The notes beneath the pieces are model-generated. The model did not search any database, was not told the DNA's origin, and worked only from the letters and a program-made list of their open reading frames with translations. Positions 9,008 through 18,898 of a stretch of 64,000 nt of DNA are shown here, one piece after another. The stretch is from an uncultured delta proteobacterium (lineage in GTDB: Bacteria; Desulfobacterota; Syntrophorhabdia; Syntrophorhabdales; WCHB1-27), in NCBI GenBank assembly GCA_963810935.1, contig CAWEPK010000005.1:128001-192000 (forward strand), read 5' to 3'. Both the position numbers and the translations under genes were made by a program. How positions within the stretch are numbered: the first letter of the stretch is position 1; each line of letters opens with the position of its first letter.

Positions 9008-10579
9008 TCAGGGGCCTTTCGCCGGGTGCGGGAACACGCTCCTGATGTCCGATAGGGCCAGCCCGTTCCCCGTGGCTTTCAAAACGTACGCCTTCAGCGG
9101 CTCTATATAGCGCTTCCTGTATTGCCCGCCGAGAAGCTCCACTTTCGCGCTTTCATCCGAAAAATCGAGGGCGTACATGCCTTTTTCATCGAATTTTATC
9201 TGCGCGGACTCATAGACGTCGATGCTGCCGTCTCTGTACCAGAATCGCGGGCCGTATTCACCGGCGAAGGCGCTCGTATCGACCCCGTCGAAAATCAGGA
9301 CCGACCCGTGAGGCAGCACCGGCAGGCGCCCCATCAGGTCCCGCCGCAACTCATCCGCTTCAAGGGCCCGCTTTACGGAGTCTTGCTGCCTGTGCCGGAA
9401 TATATTATCCGACTGGTATATCGACGCGCCTGCGACAGCAATGATCACGAACGCGGCAACGATGTCCAGCCGGACGGTCTTTATGCCTGACCCGCTCTCG
9501 AAAAGCAAAAAACTGAGCGCCAGAAATGCGGGCAGGGCATAAACGCTGTAGTACGCATACCGATGGTTCGCGAGCATCATGGGGGGTACGAGGGCAAAAA
9601 AGACCCACAGGGCAAAGAAAAGCACGGTCGCAGCAACGTCATGATCCTTCCTGTTGAAGAGCGCGCTTTTCAGGCACAGAAGGAGGTAGAGGCCGACCGC
9701 CAGGAAGAAGGCGATGAATGCGGGCTCCCGTATCTTGAAGAAAGGCAGGAACGTCCTGAGCATCCACGCAGGATACGCATACAGACCTATGAGCACGTGA
9801 GCGCCGACCGGCTTCACCAGGTAAGGGTGCGCGGCAGGGAAATTGGTGAAGAATATGCCTGCGGCGACTTTCGGAAGGAAGCTAAGGCCCATTATGAGGA
9901 CGAAAAGGATGCCAGCCGCAATTTCGCTTCTGTTCCGGCGCGCTTCTTCCCGGTCTTTTGGCGCTGCGTAAATGAAGCGGTGTGAAAGAAGGATTGCGGG
10001 CAGTATAATGCCCGATTCCTTCGACAGGACGCTGCACGCAAAAAAAGCAACGCTTAAGAAAAGCCTTCCGTGCAGGTAAGACAGAAAAGATAGAAAGAAG
10101 AAGAATGCGCACAGCAAATCATAAGAACCGACCATCCACAGCAGCGGGTCCAGGTTGACCGAAAGGGAAACGGCGTAAAGCAGGGAGACGACGCAGGCGA
10201 TCCTATCGTTGCTCGTTATCTTTCTCATTATCAGAGCGACCATTACCGCGTTGAGGAAATGGATCGAGAGCGCCGCGATGTGAAACGCAACGGGCTCGGC
10301 CCCGAAGAAACGGTACATGGCGAGCATGTACAACTGGGACAATGGCCTGTAGAAAAGCTTCCCTTTGAAGGAAAGGATCGCGCGTATCACGGAGGAGGGG
10401 CCGGCCGCGCTGAAGTCGTAAAGCCATCCCCAATCGTCCTGATAAAAGGGAATGGCCGCGCAACGCCAGTAGACCAGGCCCGTGGCGAGCGCGAGAAGGG
10501 CGAGGAACGCCGGCAAGGGATATTTCGGGCGCATAGCAATCGAACCGCTGTTAGAGACACTCCCGTAAGAGCTTCTCAT
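9008..10579 (-). CDS. GT-C-fold membrane glycosyltransferase-like protein
   Basis: About 12 TM helices, 'QDD' after TM1, 'FYRPL', 'LSKES'. The start could instead be 10534. Confidence 0.6.
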   Translation of the reverse strand: MRSSYGSVSNSGSIAMRPKYPLPAFLALLALATGLVYWRCAAIPFYQDDWGWLYDFSAAGPSSVIRAILSFKGKLFYRPLSQLYMLAMYRFFGAEPVAFHIAALSIHFLNAVMVALIMRKITSNDRIACVVSLLYAVSLSVNLDPLLWMVGSYDLLCAFFFFLSFLSYLHGRLFLSVAFFACSVLSKESGIILPAILLSHRFIYAAPKDREEARRNRSEIAAGILFVLIMGLSFLPKVAAGIFFTNFPAAHPYLVKPVGAHVLIGLYAYPAWMLRTFLPFFKIREPAFIAFFLAVGLYLLLCLKSALFNRKDHDVAATVLFFALWVFFALVPPMMLANHRYAYYSVYALPAFLALSFLLFESGSGIKTVRLDIVAAFVIIAVAGASIYQSDNIFRHRQQDSVKRALEADELRRDLMGRLPVLPHGSVLIFDGVDTSAFAGEYGPRFWYRDGSIDVYESAQIKFDEKGMYALDFSDESAKVELLGGQYRKRYIEPLKAYVLKATGNGLALSDIRSVFPHPAKGP

Positions 10580-10767
10580 GGATATCGGTTATTCGTTCGC
10601 CTTCAGGCTCTCGATATAACCTCCGCGCATCTTACCGCCCGTCCTTCGGATTTGTCAAGCGCGGCCGGAGGATGTCGTCAAAACGACGGCCGCGGAAGGA
10701 AATTTAGCAGGGTTGTAACCGACAGCCGAAAATAGTATGATAAGGCAAATCTAACGCGGAAGGGACT

Positions 10768-11406
10768 ATGTTCGTAGAACAGATGGAAGTTGGAGGTTTC
10801 TCGGTCTTCGCTTACCTGGTAGGCTCGGAAAGCACAGGGGAGGCGCTCGTCATCGACCCTGCCGGCGACCAGGAGATGATCGTAAAGACGGCCGACAAGA
10901 AGAAGCTGAAGATAAAGTACATCGTTAATACCCACTTCCACATCGACCACATCATGGGCAACCGGAAAATGAAAGACCTGACCGGCGCCAGGATAATCAT
11001 TCACGAGGCGGAAGCCGCTTATCTCGCCAACCAATCGAGCCGCACGATAAGCATGTTCGGGGCGGAGCAGTCTCCGGCTGCTGACGAGACGGTCAAGGAA
11101 AACGACCTGATAACCGTGGGCGACGTCTCGCTGAAGGTCATCCACACGCCGGGCCATTCGCCCGGCAGCATCTGCCTTTATACGGAAGGTCTCGTCTTCA
11201 CCGGCGACACCCTTTTTGTCAATGCCGTAGGGCGGACCGACCTCGAGGGCGGTTCCTGGCAGACGCTCGTGAATTCTATCCGTACCAAGCTTTTCGTCCT
11301 GCCCGATACGACCGTGGTCCTTCCTGGACACAACTATGGAGAATACCCAAAAAGCACCATTGGAATGGAGAAGGTCAACAACCCTTATGTCGGTTCGCGC
11401 GGTTAG
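10768..11406 (+). CDS. MBL-fold metallo-hydrolase (glyoxalase II-like)
   Basis: 'THFHIDH', 'HTPGHSPG', 'GDTLF', 'PGH'. Confidence 0.9.
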   Translation: MFVEQMEVGGFSVFAYLVGSESTGEALVIDPAGDQEMIVKTADKKKLKIKYIVNTHFHIDHIMGNRKMKDLTGARIIIHEAEAAYLANQSSRTISMFGAEQSPAADETVKENDLITVGDVSLKVIHTPGHSPGSICLYTEGLVFTGDTLFVNAVGRTDLEGGSWQTLVNSIRTKLFVLPDTTVVLPGHNYGEYPKSTIGMEKVNNPYVGSRG

Positions 11407-12292
11407 CAGCAAACTTCTACTCCCGCTCCTTACGCTTTTCCTCCTCTTTTCGTGCCAGACCGCCCAGCCAGGCAAGGTAGCAGCGCCCGGCCCCGCGAAG
11501 GCGGCGGTGAAAAAGGAACCGGTAATCGCCCTCGTCCTCGGCGGCGGGGGCGCGAAAGGCTTCGCCCACGTTGGCGTGCTGCGCGTCCTGGAGCAGGAAA
11601 AGATACCGATCAGCATGATAATCGGCACGAGCGTCGGCAGCCTCATCGGCGGCCTTTACGCTGCGAACCCGGACAGCTTCCAGCTCGAATGGACCGCCTT
11701 CAAGATAGACCGCAGCGACATATTCGATTTCTCGATAGCTTATTCGAAGATGGGGCCTGTGCAGGGAAACCGCATTGAGGCATTTGTCGACCAGAACGCC
11801 AAGGTCAAGCGGGTGGAAGACACGAAGATACCCTTCATACCCGTTGCCACCGATCTCAACACGGGCGAGACCCTGACGCTCGAAAAAGGCTCCCTTGCGA
11901 AGGCCATCCATGCTTCGGCCGCCATACCGGGCATCTTCGTGCCTGTCTCCTTCGGCAGCAGGACACTCGTGGACGGCGGAGTCACGGACAACTGCGCCTG
12001 CGACATCGCCAGGGCCAGGGGCGCAGACATAGTGATCGCGGTGAGCCTGCAGAAGGACGTCAGGAACTACAAGATCGACTCGCTCATCGATATCATCGCC
12101 CAGTCGATCGATATCATGATGCGCGAGTCGAGTAAAGTGAAGCTGGGCTCGGCCGATGTCCTGATAGAGCCTGACACGAAGGGCGGCTCGACCTTCGACT
12201 TCGGCAGGAAGAAGGAGATGATGGACGAGGGCATCAAGGCGGCAAGGCAGGCGATGCCGCGTATCAGGGAGTTGATCGAGAGCAAGCGGTAA
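11387..12292 (+). CDS. Patatin-like phospholipase (lipoprotein)
   Basis: 'GGGGAKG', 'GTSVG', 'DGG'; lipobox-like 'LFSC'. Confidence 0.88.
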   Translation: MSVRAVSSKLLLPLLTLFLLFSCQTAQPGKVAAPGPAKAAVKKEPVIALVLGGGGAKGFAHVGVLRVLEQEKIPISMIIGTSVGSLIGGLYAANPDSFQLEWTAFKIDRSDIFDFSIAYSKMGPVQGNRIEAFVDQNAKVKRVEDTKIPFIPVATDLNTGETLTLEKGSLAKAIHASAAIPGIFVPVSFGSRTLVDGGVTDNCACDIARARGADIVIAVSLQKDVRNYKIDSLIDIIAQSIDIMMRESSKVKLGSADVLIEPDTKGGSTFDFGRKKEMMDEGIKAARQAMPRIRELIESKR

Positions 12293-12301
12293 ATCCGGCA
12301 G

Positions 12302-13306
12302 TTATGCCAGAACCACTAGTTCCGCCCGCCAGCCCGGCAGCCACAGGTAATAGAAACCAGGCTCCAGCGGCGGCATGATCGCCGGCAGGTTTATATCTAT
12401 CAGCGGCGAGAACAGGGTCCCCGCACTGGCGGCGGTATTGTAAAGGGTGTCGTCCGGGTATTTTGAGCGCCTGTAAACGATTACCTTGGCATCCTCGGTA
12501 AGCCCGGCTAGCTTTTTCGCCTCCTTCACGCTATCCGGTACATAGCCTATCGAATCGATAAGTCCTAACTTCAGCGCCTCATCCGCCGAGTAAATGCGGG
12601 CCGTTGCGATTTTTTGCAGGTTCTCAGCGCCGATCTTTCTATTCCTGCCCACGAGGTCGATGAATTTCCTGCCCATCTCATCGGTGAGGTCCTGGAGTAT
12701 TTTCCGCTCCTCGGGCGTCGAAGGCCGGAAGGGAGAGCCCATGTCCTTCTCGCTGCCCGACTTGCTCACGTCCACCGCAACGCCGATCTTGTCCATAAGG
12801 CCCGACACCTTCGGCGTAATCAGGATAACGCCGACAGAGCCGGTAATGGTGGTGGGGTGCGCTATGATGCGGTCCGCAGCGAGCGACATATAGTAGCCGC
12901 CCGATGCGGCGAGGTCTGTGAACAGGGCGACGACTTTCGCGCCCGTCTTCTCCTTGAAATCGACGATCTCCTTATAGATCATGTCGCTCGCCGTCATCGA
13001 GCCGCCAGGCGAGTTGACCTCGAAGATCACGGCCTTCACCTCTTTGTCTTTTTCGGCCAGGCGCAGCCTGGAGACAACCTCCTCGACCGTGCTCGCCCTC
13101 CCGCTGAACTTGCTACCCGGTTTGTCCGATATAAATCCTGCCACCGGGATAACAAGCACCTTCTCCTTCTCTTTCCCTTCGATCGTATATTCCTTGAGCG
13201 GCTCTCCCGTTGGCCCCCCGATCTGTACCTTTACCCTGAAGCAGGAGGTGGAGAGAAACGCGACTGCAAGGACCAGTATCGCAAAAGCCGGGAACCTGAT
13301 TTTCAT
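12302..13306 (-). CDS. sppA: Signal peptide peptidase SppA (36K type)
   Basis: 'VNSPGG', 'AASGGYY', 'TGSVGV', 'KSGSEKD'. Confidence 0.9.
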   Translation of the reverse strand: MKIRFPAFAILVLAVAFLSTSCFRVKVQIGGPTGEPLKEYTIEGKEKEKVLVIPVAGFISDKPGSKFSGRASTVEEVVSRLRLAEKDKEVKAVIFEVNSPGGSMTASDMIYKEIVDFKEKTGAKVVALFTDLAASGGYYMSLAADRIIAHPTTITGSVGVILITPKVSGLMDKIGVAVDVSKSGSEKDMGSPFRPSTPEERKILQDLTDEMGRKFIDLVGRNRKIGAENLQKIATARIYSADEALKLGLIDSIGYVPDSVKEAKKLAGLTEDAKVIVYRRSKYPDDTLYNTAASAGTLFSPLIDINLPAIMPPLEPGFYYLWLPGWRAELVVLA

Positions 13307-13470
13307 GGGGTTATCCTTTCGGCCGAAGGGCCTTTTCAATTGTCGCCTGTTCGGAATGCGCTGTCAAGCAAAACATGCTATGCGAAGCTGCGCCCGGCTT
13401 TCTTTTGTCCCGTCATCGTGGTAAAAAATAAGGCCTGGGCGGATCGGGTGCGCCTTAAGAGGAGAGCGTT

Positions 13471-14424
13471 ACGGAAGGGAAAATAGGGCCAATAAGCATA
13501 GTCGGCGCGGGGGCGGTGGGCGGCGCTATAGCGTCCATGCTGCACGACGCCGGCGAATCGGTCTCTATCCTTGCGGCCGGCCGGCGGCGGGCACGCCTCG
13601 CAGACGATGGCCTGATCGTCAACGGAAGACGCTACGACATACCCTTGACCGACCCCGACGCGCCTTGGGGACCGGCCGATTTCGTCATAGTCGCAGTGAA
13701 GCAACACGACCTCGACGCGGCCATCGACCAAATGGGCCGAATCGTAGGCACGGGGACTCTCGTCATGTCGCTCATGAACGGCGTGGACAGCGAGGAGCGG
13801 ATAGGGGCGGCCCGTGGGGACGCTCATGTCCTCCCCGCAGTCATCGTAGGCATAGACGCGCTCCGGGCAGGAAACAGCATCACTTATACAAGCAGGGGGA
13901 AGATATTTTTCGGGGAGGCGGCAGGCTGTGACGCGAGGGCCGTCGGGCGCGTCAGCGCATTGTTTAGCCGCGCAGCCGTCCCCTACGAGATACACGCCGA
14001 CATAAAGCGCACGATCTGGTGGAAATTCATGATAAACGTAGGCATCAACCAGGCATCCGCCGCTCTCCGGGCAGATTACGGAGTCTTCCAGAGACAGGGC
14101 GAGGCGCGCTCGCTCATGGACGCTGCCATGCGGGAGGCCATAGCCGTTGCGGAGAAAATGGGCGTCTCCCTCACCGAGGCGGACATTGCCGATTGGTACA
14201 AAGTGCTCGACGGCCTGAGGCCGGACGGCAAGACATCGATGCTTCAGGACGTAGAGGCGCGCAGGAAGACCGAAGTGGAGATGCTGGCAGGCAAGGCGAT
14301 AGAGCTGGGCAGGCGCTTCGGTATCTCAACACCGGTAAACGAAAAACTGTTCGAAATTATCAGGAAGATCGAGTCGTCGTACGTGCAGAAGGGAAGGCAG
14401 GCGCCTGCCCCTGAAAGACCCTAA
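13471..14424 (+). CDS. panE: Ketopantoate reductase family protein; start codon uncertain
   Basis: 'VGAGAVGG', 'VAVK', 'LMNGV', 'WWKFMIN', 'TSMLQDVEARRKTEV'. The frame is open back to TAA at 13456, with no ATG/GTG/TTG ahead of the GxGxxG motif. Confidence 0.8.
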   Translation, partial: TEGKIGPISIVGAGAVGGAIASMLHDAGESVSILAAGRRRARLADDGLIVNGRRYDIPLTDPDAPWGPADFVIVAVKQHDLDAAIDQMGRIVGTGTLVMSLMNGVDSEERIGAARGDAHVLPAVIVGIDALRAGNSITYTSRGKIFFGEAAGCDARAVGRVSALFSRAAVPYEIHADIKRTIWWKFMINVGINQASAALRADYGVFQRQGEARSLMDAAMREAIAVAEKMGVSLTEADIADWYKVLDGLRPDGKTSMLQDVEARRKTEVEMLAGKAIELGRRFGISTPVNEKLFEIIRKIESSYVQKGRQAPAPERP

Positions 14425-15635
14425 TCCCCGCGCGTCTTATCGACCGTGCAGTCCAGCCCGCCCTGAAAAAGCTTCACCCGCACCCGGTCCCCGGCCGCCA
14501 CTTGCGTTGCCTCCCTCACTACAGCGTAAGTGTCCGCCCGCACCGTGATGCTGTAGCCCCTTTTCAGAATATTATCCGGATTCAGGTCCATGAGCCGCTG
14601 GCTGCATGAGGCCAGCCGCACTTTGGCGTCGCTGTAAACCGCCGAAAACGCGTTCTGCAGGCTGTTGGAAAGCTCGTCCAGGTACATCTTATGGTGAAGA
14701 AGAATGGCCCTCTGTTCTTTCAGGGCGGCCGCATCCCGCGAAAGAATGAGCCTCGAACCCTGAAGCCGCTGCGCCATAAGGCCGACGAGCCGCTCGCGCA
14801 CGGATTGAAGCGTAGCGGCCAGCTCCCGTCTGTCCCGCACGACCATATCCGCGGCGGCTGTGGGGGTCGGCGCCCTCACGTCCGCCACAAAATCGGCTAT
14901 GGTGAAATCGATCTCGTGGCCTATCCCTGAGACGATGGGTATCCGGGAGGCGCAGATGGCGCGTGCCACCGCCTCTTCGTTGAAGCAGGCAAGGTCTTCC
15001 AGGGAACCCCCGCCCCGCCCGAGGATGATGACGTCGACGTCACGCTCGCGGTTGAAATACTCGATGCCCTCGACTACCTCCCCGCACGCCAGGTCGCCCT
15101 GCACCCTCACCGGGTATATCCGCACGGCCATGTTCTCGAACTTGCCGTAAATGATCTTGAGCATGTCCCTTACGGCCGCACCAGAGGGCGACGTGACTAT
15201 GCCTATCCTTTTCGGCAGAAAAGGGAGCGGCCGCTTACCTGCCGCGTCGAAGAGTCCCTCGTGGAAGAGCTTCTCCTTGAGCATCTCGAACCTGATCTGC
15301 AGCAGCCCCAGGCCTTTTGCCTCTATCCCGTCCGCGAGGAGGCGGTACTCGCCTCTTTTTTCGTAGACGTCGATGCGCCCCTTGCAGATGACCGCCGTCC
15401 CGTCCTTTATGACGTCTACGCGGCATTTCCCCTCGTAGTTGAACATGACCGCTTTCATGCTGCACGAGTCGTCTTTGAGGGTAAAATAGAGGTGGCCCGA
15501 AGGGTAGATTTTGAAGTTGGAGATCTCGCCCTCAACGATCACATCACGGAACTGTCTGTAAATGCAATCGCGGATGCGCGACGTAAGCTGGGAAACGGTC
15601 AGGACATTGACCGGCAATTCCAAGGGGTATCTCAT
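14421..15635 (-). CDS. xseA: Exodeoxyribonuclease VII large subunit
   Basis: 'VEGEISNF...SGHLYFTLKD', 'GRGGGSLEDL', 'GIGHEID', 'APTPTAAA'. Confidence 0.95.
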   Translation of the reverse strand: MRYPLELPVNVLTVSQLTSRIRDCIYRQFRDVIVEGEISNFKIYPSGHLYFTLKDDSCSMKAVMFNYEGKCRVDVIKDGTAVICKGRIDVYEKRGEYRLLADGIEAKGLGLLQIRFEMLKEKLFHEGLFDAAGKRPLPFLPKRIGIVTSPSGAAVRDMLKIIYGKFENMAVRIYPVRVQGDLACGEVVEGIEYFNRERDVDVIILGRGGGSLEDLACFNEEAVARAICASRIPIVSGIGHEIDFTIADFVADVRAPTPTAAADMVVRDRRELAATLQSVRERLVGLMAQRLQGSRLILSRDAAALKEQRAILLHHKMYLDELSNSLQNAFSAVYSDAKVRLASCSQRLMDLNPDNILKRGYSITVRADTYAVVREATQVAAGDRVRVKLFQGGLDCTVDKTRGD

Positions 15636-16919
15636 CTACTTCTTGAAATACTCCGAGACGATCTTCATGGCGCAGAATTCGCCGCACATGCTGCAAACGT
15701 CTCCGTGGAGGCTTCTCTCTTTCCTGAAATCGATGATCTTCTGTGGGTCCATCGCGGTCTTTATCTGGCCTTCCCAGTCGAGTGCCTTGCGGTAGATGGA
15801 CATCTGCCGGTTCCGCTCCCAGGCGTCACTGCGGCCCCGCGCCAGGTCGGCCGCGTGGGCGGCTATCCTCGCTACGATGACCCCTTCCCTCACGTCCGCT
15901 ATGGTGGGCAGGCCGAGGTGCTCGGACGGCGTCACGTAACAGATAAAGTCGGCCCCGTGAAAACCGGCAAGCGCCCCGCCTATCGCGGCCGTTATATGGT
16001 CGTACCCCGGTGCGATGTCCGTGACGATAGGGCCGAGCACGTAAAACGGCGCCCCTTTGCACACCCTCTTTTCGAGGAGTATGTTCGTCTCGATCTGATT
16101 GAGCGGCACGTGGCCGGGACCTTCGATCATTACCTGCACGCCGTTCTTCTGTGCTTCTTCGCAAAGCTCCCCCAAAAGCAGCAGCTCCTGCACCTGCGTC
16201 CTGTCGGTAGCGTCGGCCAGGCAGCCCGGCCGCAGGCCGTCGCCGAGGCTCAGCGTCATGTCGTATTTCTTCGCGATGGAGACAAGGCGGTCGTAGTGCT
16301 CGTAGAGGGGGTTCTCTTTTTCATTCACGATCATCCATTCCGTCAGGAAAGCGCCGCCCCTGCTTACGATGTCCGTGACCCTGCCCTGTTTTTTAAGCCT
16401 CTCCAGCACACTCCTGGTCACGCCCGCATGGACGGTGATGAAATCGACGCCGTCCTCTCCATGTTTCTCGATGACCTCGAACAGGTCGTCCGGCTCCATC
16501 CTGGTGATGCTTTTCTTCCTGGCCACCGCCTCTACCGCCGCCTGGTAGATAGGGACGGTCCCTATGGGCACGGTGGCGTGGGACATAACGATCTTCCGTA
16601 TCTCGTCGAGATTTCCGCCCGTGGAGAGGTCCATGATCGCATCCGCCCCCGCGGCTTCAGCCGTGCGAAGCTTTTCGATCTCGTCCTCCACGTTTACCCT
16701 TTCGGGCGAGGTGCCTATATTGGCGTTGACCTTTATCGAAAGGCCCTCTCCCACACCCCTCGGGACAGAATTCTTCCGCCTGTTATTCAGAAGCACGATC
16801 GCTTTGCCCGAAGCCACGAGCTCGCGCAGGTCTTCCGCCTCCACGCCCTCGCGGGCCGCGACGCCCCTTAATGCGTCCGTGATCTTCCCTATCCGGGCCT
16901 CGACCAGTTGGTTGCTCAT
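15636..16919 (-). CDS. thiC: Phosphomethylpyrimidine synthase ThiC (short form)
   Basis: 'KVNANIGTS', 'MDLSTGG', 'VSRGG', 'EGPGH', 'PGYDHI', 'CSMCGEFC'. Confidence 0.96.
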   Translation of the reverse strand: MSNQLVEARIGKITDALRGVAAREGVEAEDLRELVASGKAIVLLNNRRKNSVPRGVGEGLSIKVNANIGTSPERVNVEDEIEKLRTAEAAGADAIMDLSTGGNLDEIRKIVMSHATVPIGTVPIYQAAVEAVARKKSITRMEPDDLFEVIEKHGEDGVDFITVHAGVTRSVLERLKKQGRVTDIVSRGGAFLTEWMIVNEKENPLYEHYDRLVSIAKKYDMTLSLGDGLRPGCLADATDRTQVQELLLLGELCEEAQKNGVQVMIEGPGHVPLNQIETNILLEKRVCKGAPFYVLGPIVTDIAPGYDHITAAIGGALAGFHGADFICYVTPSEHLGLPTIADVREGVIVARIAAHAADLARGRSDAWERNRQMSIYRKALDWEGQIKTAMDPQKIIDFRKERSLHGDVCSMCGEFCAMKIVSEYFKK

Positions 16920-18241
16920 AGCATCATCTCCATTTTTTTTATCAGTTCCTCAGGGTCCCTCGCAAAAAGCCTGACAATCGGCTCTTTGCCGACGTCCCCT
17001 TTATCGTAAATGATATCGGGCGGTCCTTCCGCCTTCGCGAGGGCCGCCTCCACGAGAAAATCGAGGCTCTTGCCCTCTTTAACCTTCAGGGACTCGGGCT
17101 CCTTCTGCCTGTCCCAGAAAATGGCGGACAAGCCGCGCCCGCGCGCCTTTGCAAGGACGGCCTCGCCGTACTTGATATCGACAGCAGCGCGCCGGTCGGG
17201 ATAGCGCCTCATGTACGTCAGGCAGAGACGGGCCACGTGCGACGACGCCCCGAACTCCGGCGCCCCTTTGAAGTAAAGCTTCCCGTTGTGCACGCCTATC
17301 CGTCCGGGAAAGGCGGCGACGTCGGCCGTCGTGGCCGCACCCCGCAGGGCATAGCCCATATTCATCTGGACGGCGGGGACAAGGTCGGCGACGTCGAGCA
17401 CTGCGAGGCGTGCTGCCGCCTCGTTCATCGCCCGGATGACGGCCCATCTCTGGGCGTCCATACCCGCGACGCAGCCTGGGTCCGCATAGTAATAGGCGCC
17501 CTCGGCAGGCTGGTATGCTTCGCAAAAAAGCCTGTCAAGGAGCCGCTCGGTTTCTAAAAACGCCTCTCTTACGGGGTAGTCCAGGGCCATGTGGCAGAGG
17601 AGTGCGGCAGAGAAAAGGCAGCCCGTCCCATGGACGTTTTTATCGACCCTTTTTCTCCCGTACGCCGTTACCGCCCCGCCGTCGGAAAGGATGTCTACCG
17701 GGTCGCCGGAAGCGTGGCCGCCTTTAAGCACCACGTGCTTCGCGCCTTTTGCGCAGAGGGCGGCGGCGGCCTTCTCCATCGCGGCTGTATCGCCGATCCG
17801 GCTGCCTGTGAGGATTTGCGCCTCTTCTATGTTGGGCGTAAGCGACGGCCCGAGCGGCAGGAGCCGGCCGGCGAGTGCGGCCAACCCGTCGTCCGTCGTC
17901 AGCCTTACACCGTTCTTTGCGGCAAGCACGGGGTCGAGCACGAAGGGGACATCCCCGAGGGACGCCACGAGGTCGGCCACTTTTTCGACATAGGGAGCGT
18001 CCGGCAGGACCCCGACCTTGATGCCCGAAATGGGGAAAGCGTTCTTTGCAGCTTCAACCATCTCCGAGAATACCCCGACCGGCACCGGCTCGACGCGCTT
18101 TACGCCTTCGGGCCCCTGAACGACGTAAGCCGTCGGAACGGAGAGGCCGTGCAGGCCGAGGGAAGCAAAGACTTCCAGGTCTTTCGTTATACCCGCCCCG
18201 TGAGACAGGTCGTGGCCGGCGATGGTTAGAACGTATCTCAT
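16916..18241 (-). CDS. thiDN: ThiD (HMP/HMP-P kinase) fused to a ThiN thiamine-phosphate synthase domain
   Basis: N-terminal 'LTPN..EA', 'LKGGH', 'HGTGC'; C-terminal ThiN 'VAAFPGRI', 'PEFGASSHVAR', 'GDVGKEP'. Confidence 0.88.
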   Translation of the reverse strand: MRYVLTIAGHDLSHGAGITKDLEVFASLGLHGLSVPTAYVVQGPEGVKRVEPVPVGVFSEMVEAAKNAFPISGIKVGVLPDAPYVEKVADLVASLGDVPFVLDPVLAAKNGVRLTTDDGLAALAGRLLPLGPSLTPNIEEAQILTGSRIGDTAAMEKAAAALCAKGAKHVVLKGGHASGDPVDILSDGGAVTAYGRKRVDKNVHGTGCLFSAALLCHMALDYPVREAFLETERLLDRLFCEAYQPAEGAYYYADPGCVAGMDAQRWAVIRAMNEAAARLAVLDVADLVPAVQMNMGYALRGAATTADVAAFPGRIGVHNGKLYFKGAPEFGASSHVARLCLTYMRRYPDRRAAVDIKYGEAVLAKARGRGLSAIFWDRQKEPESLKVKEGKSLDFLVEAALAKAEGPPDIIYDKGDVGKEPIVRLFARDPEELIKKMEMML

Positions 18242-18412
18242 CGAATCTCTTTGCAAAAAGTTTGTTTGTCCCCGTCGTCTTCGTGAGTTTTAGCCGTGGG
18301 GAATGGCTCTAATATAGCACTTTTCCGGCTTGAAATATAGCTGAGAATCCGCCGGGCGGCACCAGGTAAAGGGATCGGAACCGGGCGGGTAAGACCTGGG
18401 AGGAACGGTCCT

Positions 18413-18736
18413 CTATGAGCGGATCATGACGAGGAGCATCTTCAAGGGGTCCACCGCCTTTATCGCGTGTTGCCTCTGTGCAGGTATGACAATCATCTCG
18501 CCCGTGTCGAGGACGTGCCTCTTGTCCTCTATGGCGATCTCGGCTCGTCCTTCCACTACGTAGGCAAAGGCATCGAAGGGAGAGCTGTGAGGGTTTAATC
18601 CCTGTCCCCGGTCGAAGGCGAACAGACTTATCGTGCCCGCCTGCCTGCTCGTGATCTCCCTGCTCACTATCGAGTCCTTCTGATAATCGACCAGGCTGGC
18701 CAGCCTTTCCCGCACGCCTGTCTCGCCTGCCTTCAT
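18413..18736 (-). CDS. Cupin domain protein
   Basis: 'FAFDRGQGLNPHSSPFDA', 'IPAQRQH'. Confidence 0.85.
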   Translation of the reverse strand: MKAGETGVRERLASLVDYQKDSIVSREITSRQAGTISLFAFDRGQGLNPHSSPFDAFAYVVEGRAEIAIEDKRHVLDTGEMIVIPAQRQHAIKAVDPLKMLLVMIRS

Positions 18737-18863
18737 GAGAGGCCCCCCTTTTGGAATAATAAAACGATGCCTACATTATTTTATACTAACCATGCGCAAG
18801 CGGCTGCGCAACATTGGAGGCGACGGATAAGGGCCGTCAACAGGGCAGATTTTCGAGTTTTTC

Positions 18864-18892
18864 TTGACTCCCCCTGTCTTATCTGGTATTGT
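18864..18892 (+). promoter_or_regulatory. sigma70 promoter (leaderless geometry)
   Basis: TTGACT-17 nt-TATTGT, then 6 nt to the ATG at 18899. Confidence 0.6.
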
Positions 18893-18898
18893 GAGGCG

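Noticed and set aside
18340..18410. TPP-riboswitch-like words (CTGAGA...GAACC...GGGTAAGACC...GAGGAA) near thiDN
   Set aside because: They are on the plus strand, antisense to thiDN-thiC, and P2/P4 pairing cannot be formed; probably coincidence.
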